From assembly GCF_001194135.2 (NCBI RefSeq), contig NC_068996.1:38084935-38148934 (forward strand): 64,000 bases of DNA, read 5' to 3'. The position numbers were made by a program, and so were the translations under genes. The notes below the pieces were generated by a model that saw nothing but the letters and a program-made list of their open reading frames with translations, ran no database searches and was not told where the DNA came from. The DNA is from Octopus bimaculoides (lineage: Eukaryota). Below are positions 52,223 to 63,225 of this stretch, piece after piece (positions within the stretch are counted from its first letter, which is position 1; each line of letters starts with the position of its first letter).

Positions 52223-53634
52223 TATTATATTAATTATTTCACCTTGAGTTCAAATCCTGCCACTGTCAACTTTGCCTTTCGTCCTTTAGGAGTGGTCAAT
52301 AAAATAAAGTACCAGTCAAGTACTAGGGTCAATGGAATCAACTATACTCCCTACCCTCAAAATTACTGGCCTTATGCTTAAATCAGAAACCGCTATTTGT
52401 TTCACTTTTATTAACTAGAAATATATTTCACAGTTTAATGTTAATAACTTGAATGATACCAGAAAAAGTAGACAAACAAAACCTGTTATAAATGTAACCT
52501 AACTACAGAGAAAAATTGGATTCATGAAATTCATATTTTTATCTCAGCAGTTAACTATGAATACTGTATTTCATATGTCTGTATCTATCTACAAAATAGG
52601 GTTTATGTCTGACTAGTTTTAATTCAGAAACTATGGAAATTCAGTATTAAAAATATAAATCTTCTTTAATGGAAGATAGGCTGTGTGGTAAGGAATTTAC
52701 TTTCCAACCAAATGGTTCTGGGTTCAGTCCCACTGCATAGCACTTTGTGACAGTGTCTTCTACTATAACCTCAGTCAGACCAAAGCTTTGTGAGTGGATT
52801 TGGTAGACAGAAACTGAAAGAAGCCTGTCATATATGAGTGGGTGCTGAAAAGTTCCTGGCTTTGGGTAAAAGAAAATACAGGGTGATCAGTTAATTGTAA
52901 TTTTATTCTCAGATTCACTCACTTATTGTAGTGGTCCTTCAGTTTTTATAAGCCCTGTAAAAGAACTCATAAGGTCAAGCCACCAACAATGCCTGAGAAA
53001 GTTGTCATGGCAATACCTGTCCTGCTTCTGACTGGAGTTTGAGAATTCTCTTGTTTTTATAGAGAGAACATGACTCAAATCTCTATATGTTTAGGATAGA
53101 ATTTGATTGGAAGAGGATGATCACATTAGTGGGCTTAGAAATTTTTGTAAGTTCCTTGCTACATCCTTGCATTAATGTTATGTTACAATATTTTTTGTGT
53201 TAAAAGTTAAGGTTGACATAGTTGAGTGAATGTGTCTGGTGACAGTAGGAGGGAACTTACAAACATTTTTGAGCCTAATCACTTGATCATCATCTACCAA
53301 TCAATTTGCATCCTAAAAAGATAGTATCTTGAAACTCCAGTCAGAAGCAAGATAGTTGTGGCTTAGCCCCCATGTCTTTCTATCCCAACATTTGAACATC
53401 AGAAAAATCTGTGAAACTAGTTAAGCCTTTAAAAATAAACCACCTAAAAGACTCCCAGTGCTTTTTCAACTTCTTTTCTTCTATATTTCTACCCATGTTG
53501 AATAAAATAACTTTGTTTTATATATATATATATATATATATNNNNNNNNNNNNNNNNNNNNNNNNNNNNNNNNNNNNNNNNNNNNNNNNNNNNNNNNNNN
53601 NNNNNNNNNNNNNNNNNNNNNNNNNNNNNNNNNN

Positions 53635-53900
53635 TTCCCATCCATAAAGGGTTTAGCTTTATGGCATATTGTCAGATTCCAAAAACCTGTTGACCAAGAC
53701 CTCTTTAAAATATGGAGGTTTCTAAAAGTTCTTGGGTCAACAAGTTTTTGGGATCTGACGATATGCCATAAAGTTAAACCCCTTTAGTGGCAGGAAACCT
53801 AAGGTAATCCCATAAACCAGCCTTCTCCATTTTTAATATATACTGCTCTACATCTTAGAGTGTGCTTCTTCTTTTGGATTTATGTTTTTTTCAGACAATG
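53635..53900. mobile_element. Fold-back element, HHR family 6 (arms ~53646-53700 and ~53728-53784, right-side tail)
   Basis: Inverted arms readable directly; left end lost in gap. Confidence 0.75.
53749..53812 (+). ncRNA. Type I hammerhead ribozyme, intact core
   Basis: UGGGAU-CUGACGA-UA-UGCCA-UAAAG..CUUUAG-UGGCA-G-GAAA-CCU-A-AGG-UA/AUCCCA; perfect 6-bp stem I. Confidence 0.78.
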
Positions 53901-53906
53901 TGTGTG

Positions 53907-53939
<33 letters not shown>

Positions 53940-54399
53940 ATCATCATCATCGTTTAACGTCCGCTTTCCATGCTAGCATGGGTTGGACGATTTGACTGAG
54001 GACTTGTGAAACCAGATGGCTACACCAGGCTCCAATCTGATTTGGCAGAGTTTCTACAGCTGGATGATATATATATATGCATATATATATCTGTGTGTGT
54101 GTGTGTATGTGTGTGTTTGTCTTAGTATCTGTTTTTGTCCACCACCACCACTTGACACCCAGTGTTGGCATGTGCATGTCTTCATAACTTAGCAGTTTGG
54201 CAAAAGAGACTAATAGAATAAGTACCAGGGTCAATTCGTTCAACTAAAATTCTTCAATGCATGGATGTGTGGTAAGAAGTTTGCTTCCCAACCTCATGAT
54301 TCCAGGTTCAGTTCCATTGCGTGGCATTTTGTGCAAGTGTCTTCTACTATGATCTCTGGCTGACCAAAGCTTTGTGAGTAGATTTGGTAGACAGAAACT

Positions 54400-54975
54400 G
54401 AAATTAGCAATGTGGGATTGAACACTGCCATGTTGAAGAAGCTCGCCCGATTGACGCTTGAGTCATTTCAGCTGAATTGCTTCATTGTGTCAGTGCATTT
54501 GCTGAACATAAAGATTTGCATTAGACATATGGTTGTTTCCAAAAATTTCATAGTGAATTAGCCCTTCCCAATCCCACCAAACACTAATCATTGTCTTGCA
54601 TGTACACACCTCTGGTTTGGCTGGAAGTGTTATTTGCTTGTTGGGACTTATCCATTCTTTTTTCTGTTTCATATTGATGCAAAGACACCATCTTTCATCG
54701 CCTGTAATGATACAGTAAAGAAATCTCCATTTGTATCCAAGTAGACTGGTGTTGAGAGAGCAAACTGGTGGCTATGGAGGAGTACCAGAGTTCATCTCAT
54801 TCATTCAGAATGTAGGGAATCAATGCACTGAGTTTTTGAACCTGACCCATAGAGTGATGGTGTCAGATGATGGTATCGTGAGAGCACTTCATTTGCTGTG
54901 TCAGTTCCCTATGGATTGTGAATAAGCTGGTTCAATCTATCCTCTCTTAACAGAACTGGTTGACCAGAGAGGTTG
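54400..54975 (-). mobile_element. mariner transposase catalytic-domain fragment
   Basis: TGDERWCLYINMKQKKEW..TMISVWWDWEGLIHYE..NANLYVQQM. Confidence 0.78.
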
Positions 54976-55440
54976 ANNNNNNNNNNNNNNNNNNNNNNNN
55001 NNNNNNNNNNNNNNNNNNNNNNNNNNNNNNNNNNNNNNNNNNNNNNNNNNNNNNNNNNNNNNNNNNNNNNNNNNNNNNNNNNNNNNNNNNNNNNNNNNNN
55101 NNNNNNNNNNNNNNNNNNNNNNNNNNNNNNNNNNNNNNNNNNNNNNNNNNNNNNNNNNNNNNNNNNNNNNNNNNNNNNNNNNNNNNNNNNNNNNNNNNNN
55201 NNNNNNNNNNNNNNNNNNNNNNNNNNNNNNNNNNNNNNNNNNNNNNNNNNNNNNNNNNNNNNNNNNNNNNNNNNNNNNNNNNNNNNNNNNNNNNNNNNNN
55301 NNNNNNNNNNNNNNNNNNNNNNNNNNNNNNNNNNNNNNNNNNNNNNNNNNNNNNNNNNNNNNNNNNNNNNNNNNNNNNNNNNNNNNNNNNNNNNNNNNNN
55401 NNNNNNNNNNNNNNNNNNNNNNNNNNNNNNNNNNNNNNNN

Positions 55441-55481
55441 NTTTGGTAGACAGAAACTAGAAGAAGCTCGTCGTATATATG

Positions 55482-55512
<31 letters not shown>

Positions 55513-55735
55513 TTGTGTGTCTGTGTTTGTCCCCCTAGCATTGCTTGACAAATGATGCTGGTGTGTTTATGTCCCCGTCACTTAGCGGTTCGGCAAAAGA
55601 GACCGATAGAATAAGTACTAGGCTTACAAAGAATAAGTCCCGGGGTCGATTTGCTCGACTAAAGGCGGTGCTCCAGCATGGCCACAGTCAAATGACTGAA
55701 ACAAATAAAAGAGTAAAAGAGAGAGTAAAGGAAAA
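55441..55735 (+). mobile_element. Young SINE family A copy (5' part in gap)
   Basis: CpG-rich, nearly identical to 1740-1945. Confidence 0.8.
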
Positions 55736-55959
55736 ATAAAGCTACAAAAATAACCCATTAAGAGAAAATGCAACTGGAAAGTCTTGTGTTCCATGCACCC
55801 TTCTCCCTAAATATAAAAACATGTAGATAAGATCTTTCTTAAATTAGTAGATAAACACTTGCCCCTCACAAATAGGTTCCATAAAATATTTAATAGACAT
55901 ACTTTAAGAATTTCTTTTAGTTGTGCATTAAGTATAAAGAAATAGTAGCAGACCCAAGA

Positions 55960-56418
55960 TGTTCATACAGAAGCAACACCACATGTTCCTTTAACAACCA
56001 ATGAAACATAGAGACCATCATGTATGTGATGGGAGTGATGTCAAAAGACACCAGTGGGAAGAGAAACATGTAGAAGTACATGAGCATGACGGAAGTCTCT
56101 TTCAGAGTCAGATCTAATAAGCATAAATCCTCCTTTAATATCCAGGAAAGGCATGATATTGCAGCCTTGGCTAGGTATGTATGGTCATTGAAAGAAAGCA
56201 CCATAGATTACAACATCAAATAGAGAGTGCTTGAGAAGTGCAAACCTTACTTAAATAGTAATAGGAGGTACAGGCTATGTCTGACTGAGAAAAGAACTAT
56301 ACTAAAGAACTCTCTTCACTCAGATATTTGCCTAAACTGCAAGAGCAAGGTTTTAGGCTCAAGCCCACATGAAAGGAAATATGTTATTAGTTACTTGCAA
56401 ACTCCATCATGGTTATAA
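55960..56418 (+). mobile_element. Penelope-like element GIY-YIG endonuclease remnant
   Basis: One frame with stops: IMYVMGV..KYMSMTEVSFRVRSNKHKSSFN..LARYVWSLKES..LEKCKPY..RLCLTEKRTIL..LNCKSK..HERKY. Confidence 0.72.
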
Positions 56419-57200
56419 ATTTTAAGATTTCCACTATCAATCTTCTCACCACCACAAATGGACAAGCTGAATTTTTTTCAATACATGCTGCAGTTTTGAT
56501 GTTAAACTCTGCTTCATAAAGGTAACATGTAGCTAATCATGATTTCACATGCTATAAGCAATACAGTTCATTAAATACAATTTTAAAATATTTTATTTAA
56601 GCTTGCCTTGAACCTTTGTACCTCGAGAAAGTTTTAACAGAATTTTAAAATTGAGTCCACCAACCTTGGATTTTGCAGTTCTTGCTTATGTATCAATTAC
56701 TGGACAATTATACCTAAGCCATCTGAGTGCACAGTCGTCTGTTTTCCAGATTGGAATTGAAGGACCAATGAAGTTTAATAAACATGAAATTGCTGACATA
56801 GTTTATTAACATACTAGACCTTGTTTCTGTTAAAATAAAGTCCATATTACTAAAGCCTCATTCATGCTCAGAGAAGCTGTATGGGATTACTTTTGAGTGT
56901 CTGATTAAGGGTTTCCAATCTGGTGGAATATGTTACCCACTATTTTCAAGAAATACTAATGACTTATAAGTATGAGGTATTTCGTTATGCAACCATAATA
57001 TACTATAAAGTATATTAGACATGTTTTATAAGTCAATACCACATTCTACTGCATTAACAGTGTGCTTTTACATTATTTGTTAAGGTTATCTCTACAGATA
57101 TTTGATAGAAATTATAGCCAGCACTGATTTTTGTTACTATGTTTCATATACAAGACGTCAGATATAAACAAACAATGAGATTGAAGATAAAAATGGGTAA

Positions 57201-57250
57201 TGGGCATATATGCATATTTCCGGGCGTTTTTTCCCCTTCATCAGCACCCA
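57201..57250 (-). ncRNA. Type I hammerhead (family 7), core intact
   Basis: UGGGUG-CUGAUGA-A-GGGG..CGCCC-G-GAAA-UAUGCAUA-UA/UGCCCA; stem III is the 10-nt palindrome AUAUGCAUAU. Confidence 0.65.
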
Positions 57251-57559
57251 TCTAACCCCTTAATCATCCATGAACTCATTGCTTGAATAGCCACTAAGTA
57301 TAGCGGTGTATAGTTATCAGATATACCAATTTACATATTAAATGCATTCCTGGAAGCTGGTACATGAATACTAATGATTTGTAGGTACATGGTATTTTGT
57401 TAGGCAAATCAAACATTTTTTTAATAAGTCAACACTGCATTCTACTGTGTTAGCAGTGTGCTTTTACATTATTTGTTAAGGTTATCTCTACAGATATTCG
57501 ATAGAAATTATAGTCAACACTGATTTTTGTTACTGTTTCATTTTCTCCAAATCCTGGAT

Positions 57560-59170
57560 TTATTTCAGCGGTATTGACTTCTCAGCTCAGTTATCATGTT
57601 TGGAATGGACTATAAAGTGACTGACTGAGATGTTATTTATTCATAGAAAGAAGTCGGGATGAATAACTATTGTTTCATATTGTTTATGATACTGGTTAAA
57701 AACTGGTCTCAACTGATTGAAACAATCTTGCTGTCATCTTTCAGTAACATTCTTTGCTTCTAAGACTTTTTTTTACCCTTCATATGCTGCCACAAATTAA
57801 CTTGTCACCATAGACTATAGTAATATCCCTTTTTTGTAAAGACTCAGAAAGAAGAGATAACATCATACATAAATGCCAGATCAAGGAGAAACTGCTTTGA
57901 TGGAAGGTATTTCTGCAGCCCCCTAAAGGTGCACTGGTCAACTGTTGGTCAACTTTTATCAGTAACACGCTCAAAAAAAAAAAATAATAAATAAATAAAT
58001 AAATAACACTGTACTACATAGTTGTTTCTAAATGCTAAGAGAGTTCTGAAGGAGTTTGAAGCCCATCTAATTCCTAACATTCTACCAATTTTTTTCATTT
58101 ATTCATCAAGCTTTGAGGCATACTTTCAAATTTCTCTTTGATTCTAAGAAGACTGACCATATAAAGAGTATGGCTTATCCATAAATGAACACTAATGATA
58201 AACACCATGTACTTCAGAAATTGCATCTGTTACAGACAGCTCCATGTGATGATTGAAGCGTTGCCATACAATAATATTAGGATATTTCTAAGGCGGTGAG
58301 CTGGCAGAAACATTAGCATGCCAGGTGAAATGCCTAGCATTATTTCATCTGTCTTTACATTCTGAGTTCAAATTCTGCTGAGGTTAACTTTGCCTTTCAT
58401 CCTTTCGGGGTCAAGAAATTAAGTACCAGTTGCATACTGGGATCGATCTAATCAACTGGCCCCCCTCCCCCAAAATTTCAGGCCTTGTGTCTAGAGTAGA
58501 AAGGAATATCACAATATTTCTGCAACAGTCACTGAGCCACCATAAAGCTTTCTCCCAAAATTATACTAGCACTATCAATGGTAAATGCATTTAGATTATC
58601 CTGAAGATAATCATAATCAAACCCATACTCAGCATAATTAAGTGGTCGCTTATAGTTTCTGCTGTGACCTCAGGTAATTCTAATAAATCCAGAAATATAA
58701 AATGTGGATCTTCTGATTTATTAGTTTCAGATTTCAAATAGATTATCAAGATTTTTGCTGCTAAGAGTTTATCAGAATGGTTATTTTCTTTTTTATTTTA
58801 AGAATGCATTTTCAGACTCCCAATTTCATTTCCTGTGCAACATGGTCAATAACATCTGTTGCACTAAATCATGAATGCTAACTTTTAGTGAATTACTGCA
58901 CCATCCAATTTTTGAAATTGCAACAAATCAAAATGATCAGTGCATAGTTTCTCATTTTTGGTAAGCAAACACGCAGTTCTAAATATTTTGCAGGTAGTCG
59001 ATTCAGATTTATTTAAGCAATCCATGTTAGTTTCCAGTAGTCATTCTCTGTAGAATTTCAATAGCATTGTTATGTGACTATGTCCTTGAAGGAAGTAAAC
59101 AATTTTTTTTTTCAAACTGATCAGCTGCTACTTCTGAAAGAAACTGAAATTGAACTCCATTTTTTAAAAA
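57560..59170 (-). mobile_element. hAT transposase remnant interrupted by a SINE
   Basis: NHHMELSVTDAISEV..FMDKPYSLY, LLSESLQKRDITIVYGDKLI resemble hAT transposase segments. Confidence 0.55.
58290..58505 (+). mobile_element. tRNA-derived SINE family B (copies ~4992, 17905 minus, 30105, 52240)
   Basis: AGGCGGTGAGCTGGCAGAA head, GAGTTCAAATTC B box, shared GACTTTGCCTTTCATCCTTTCGGGGTC body. Confidence 0.8.
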
Positions 59171-59626
59171 CACTACTACCTCGTGATTTTAAGCCTGGTA
59201 CTAATTCTATTAGTCTCTTTTGCTGAACAACTGAGTTACAGGGTTGTAAACAAAACAATGCTGGTTGTCAAGCTGTGGGTGGGGAGACAAAAACTAAAAC
59301 AGACTCACACACACACACACACATACATAACAGACTACCATACAGTTTCCGTGAACCAAATTCTCTCACAAGGTATTAGTTGGCCCAAGGCTTTGCACAT
59401 TGTGATTGAACCAAGAACTACATAGTTGCAAAGCAAGCTTTTAACCATACAGCTATGTATGTATATGGCTATATGGTCAAGATGCTTGCTTCAGGGTCAC
59501 ACAATCTCAGTTTCAGTCCCACTCTTTGGCGTCAAGTTTTAGCATCTATTATAGTCCTGAACTGACTAATACTTTTCGACAAAATTTGGTAAATGGAAAT
59601 TGTTGGCTATCCTGTGTATATGTATG

Positions 59627-59657
<31 letters not shown>

Positions 59658-59917
59658 CACATGCACAAATGTGCAATAATCTTGCTATTCCATGTTTGTC
59701 ACCAATTTAGTAAAACGGGTGAAAAAAGTGATAATATTTATGTCCTTAACTTAAGGTAAAGGCCATCCTCTGTGCTTTAATATAAAAATATCTTTTACTT
59801 GAAAAACAGGTATGGGTTGGTGACAAGAGGAATGTCTGGCTGCAAAATCCTACCTCAAATAACATCCCCACCTGACTCATACTAATATGGAAAAAAAAGA
59901 TGTAAAATAAATAAATA

Positions 59918-60408
59918 CCGTAAATCCTTGAGTATAATCCACATTTTTTTCCCCAAATTTAAAGGTCAAAATCCCTAGGTTAAAAATGAAAAATATTTTC
60001 TCAGCAATGTCCGAGTCTCTATATGCTGTCCGGCAATGTTTATTCAGACGCATTTTGTGATGTCTGGCTTGTATCTGATAGTGATAAATATGTAAAGGCA
60101 ATTTACTTAATATTTATTTTTCACTGACGTTATTACTGTTATTTCTTTATTTTCTGCAAACAAAGTGCACAAAAAAGCTACATGTTTGCATTATGTTATA
60201 TATACAATAATAATAAAGGACGTTACCGTATATACGTTTACAAACCAAGGACATTATATAGACCTCCTTGACTCAAGTTAGAGAAGGGGTGCGTACTATA
60301 CACAAGGTTTAAGTTTTTCAGAGATACAGCTCCCTAGCCCTAACCCTAACTCCCTAAAAATCCCCTGCGTATTATACTCAAGGGCGGACTATACTCGAGG
60401 ATTTACAG
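59918..60408. mobile_element. pogo/Tigger-like MITE
   Basis: TA|CCGTAAATCCTTGAGTAT...ATACTCGAGGATTTACAG|TA. Confidence 0.8.
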
Positions 60409-60491
60409 TATATGCCAATATATATAACATCCACTATGAAATGCTTGCATCTCACAGCTGATTTAGATTTATTTACACCATTTATCTACAG

Positions 60492-61981
60492 CAGAGTTTC
60501 CCAACCAGGGGTGTGAGATAGCATTCCAAGGAGTGCAAGCAGGGCCGGATCTATAGGCAAGTGGGGTCAAAGAGGGCAATTGTCCCGGGCGCCTTTATCT
60601 ATATATATAAAAATGAGAATGTGTGTCTGTCTGTCTGTCTGTGTGAATCCCTAAAACTCGAGAACTACGCAACCAATTTCATTCAAATTTTACACATGCC
60701 TTACTTAGGCTTCCAGTTGTGTTTTAGTCCAAAAAAATTATTAACTTCTTGCAGAGTTCGAGCACACGGCAACATAATATCTCCTCCACTATTTAAGTAT
60801 TACGTGTCAAAAGTGAAACAAAAACACTCATGTCAAATACTTTCACTTTAAAAATGAAACTATNNNNNNNNNNNNNNNNNNNNNNNNNNNNNNNNNNNNN
60901 NNNNNNNNNNNNNNNNNNNNNNNNNNNNNNNNNNNNNNNNNNNNNNNNNNNNNNNNNNNNNNNNNNNNNNNNNNNNNNNNNNNNNNNNNNNNNNNNNNNN
61001 NNNNNNNNNNNNNNNNNNNNNNNNNNNNNNNNNNNNNNNNNNNNNNNNNNNNNNNNNNNNNNNNNNNNNNNNNNNNNNNNNNNNNNNNNNNNNNNNNNNN
61101 NNNNNNNNNNNNNNNNNNNNNNNNNNNNNNNNNNNNNNNNNNNNNNNNNNNNNNNNNNNNNNNNNNNNNNNNNNNNNNNNNNNNNNNNNNNNNNNNNNNN
61201 NNNNNNNNNNNNNNNNNNNNNNNNNNNNNNNNNNNNNNNNNNNNNNNNNNNNNNNNNNNNNNNNNNNNNNNNNNNNNNNNNNNNNNNNNNNNNNNNNNNN
61301 NNNNNNNNNNNNNNNNNNNNNNNNNNNNNNNNNNNNNNNNNNNNNNNNNNNNNNNNNNNNNNNNNNNNNNNNNNNNNNNNNNNNNNNNNNNNNNNNNNNN
61401 NNNNNNNNNNNNNNNNNNNNNNNNNNNNNNNNNNNNNNNNNNNNNNNNNNNNNNNNNNNNNNNNNNNNNNNNNNNNNNNNNNNNNNNNNNNNNNNNNNNN
61501 NNNNNNNNNNNNNNNNNNNNNNNNNNNNNNNNNNNNNNNNNNNNNNNNNNNNNNNNNNNNNNNNNNNNNNNNNNGACAACTGTATGTTGGCTGCTCAAGA
61601 GTGGGCAGCAACAAAAAACCTATTTGTATATGCTCCACAAGGGAAAACAAGGAACATAGTTTACAATGAGGTGTTATAATCACAACAGCAAGAAAGTATG
61701 TACATGATCACCTTCTTTTACGAAACTTCATTGACTTTCATATATTTATATTGATATACATATATATATATGTGTGTTTGGGTGCGTGTGTGTATATACA
61801 TCTCTATATATAAAGATGATGCGTAGTCTAGACGGCGTTTTTAGATTTCATTATTCTCTTTAACCCGGGCAATGCCGGGTATTTCTGCTAGTTCTTATAT
61901 AAATTATTACTTTAAGGGGTGTGAGAACATATTAAAATTTTTTAGGGGTGCACAGGGCATAAAAAAAGTTGAGAACCACTG
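60492..61981. mobile_element. hAT (Charlie/Buster-like) MITE containing nested insertions
   Basis: TIRs CAGAGTTTCCCAAC and GTTGAGAACCACTG; 8-bp TSD ATCTACAG/GTCTACAG. Confidence 0.8.
60598..61891 (+). mobile_element. Non-autonomous Helitron(s)
   Basis: A|TC starts at 60598 and 61801; 3' hairpin ACCCGGGCAATGCCGGGT then CTAG|T at 61888-61892; middle is a gap. Confidence 0.7.
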
Positions 61982-62197
61982 GTCTACAGCAAGAAATATT
62001 TTCCATGACAAAACACAGTGAATGGCTTTGTTACAGGTTCAAATATTCCCAAGACATATTTGAACTGGTGATAACTTTGTAAATATATATAATCTTTGCC
62101 ACTTAGGTTAATTCTTCTATTCAGGTTAATCAGAATTGTGATGTTACTTTAGTGTGTTAGTTAGCATGGCATTTGCAGCATTCGAATTTCATAGACA

Positions 62198-62571
62198 TTA
62201 ATACAGTTCTATATTTAAGAGATGAGAAATTATATACATTATCTACGTTTGACGGATATTTGTCCTCATCTTATTTGTTGTTAACATAACGTTTTGGCTG
62301 ATATACCCTCCAGCCTTCATCAGGTGTCATGGGGAAATTTTGAACCTGGGTTCACATTCCTAAGGTGTTTTTCAATGTTATTATTATTGTTGTTATTATC
62401 ATTATTCAGGTATATATAACAATAATAACATCGAAAAACACCTTAGGAATGAGAACCCAAGTTCGAAATTTCCCCATGACACCTGATGAAGGCTGGAGGA
62501 TATATCAGCCGAAATGTTGTGTTAACAACAAACAAGATTAGGACAAATATCCGTCAAATGTAAATAATGTC
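62198..62571. mobile_element. Second family 3 fold-back element, central tRNA heads deleted
   Basis: Same tail and arms as 16224-16766; CATAGACA direct repeat at 62190-62197 and 62572-62579. Confidence 0.85.
62478..62523 (+). ncRNA. Minimal type I hammerhead (family 3), near-intact
   Basis: GACAC-CUGAUGA-A-GGCUG..CAGCC-GAAAU-GUU/GUGUU; minus partner 62283-62328 has GAAA>AAAA. Confidence 0.68.
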
Positions 62572-63225
62572 CATAGACAATGCTGCAATTTTTTTTCATT
62601 TTTTTTAATGAGATTTCTACTGTAGCCCTGGGTTGACCAAAGCCTTGCGAGTGGATTTGGTAGAAGGAAACTGAAAGAAGCCCATTGCGTGCACACACAC
62701 ACACACACACACACGCACACACACACACACACACACACAGACACACACGCACGCACACGCACACACGCACACACACGCACATCTCTTTTATCTTTTATCA
62801 TTTATTTGTTTCAGTCATTAGACTGTGGCTATGCTGGGGCACTGTCTTGAAAAATTTTTAGTCAAATTATCGATCAGAATATTAATATCTTTTTTTGAAA
62901 GCCTGGTGCTTATTCTATTGGTCTCTTTTGCTGTTATAGGAACATAAACCCAACAATCAGATGGGACAATGTCCAGCAAATATGGCGAGTGGGGCATTGT
63001 TTCCCATTCAAACAGCTTCACCCTTTGGAATGTCATTCTTGCTGTATGTGGCTGAGCTTTATCCTGATAGAAATGATGGTCATTTTTCTTCTGGTGCTGA
63101 CTTAGGCCACTCAAGCTGCTCACAGTAGATCTCCTTTGTTATCATTTGGTTGTCAAGCAGTAGTGGTGGTGGGGGCAGACACAAAGACACACGCATAAAC
63201 ATACACACATATATATATGTATATA

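Noticed and set aside
60330-60352. CCCTAA telomere-like units
   Set aside because: Only two to three degenerate units inside a MITE.
1030-61683. Long ORF-track entries containing X runs or YIYI/CVCV/SLSL/RERE
   Set aside because: Artefacts of N gaps and dinucleotide microsatellites.
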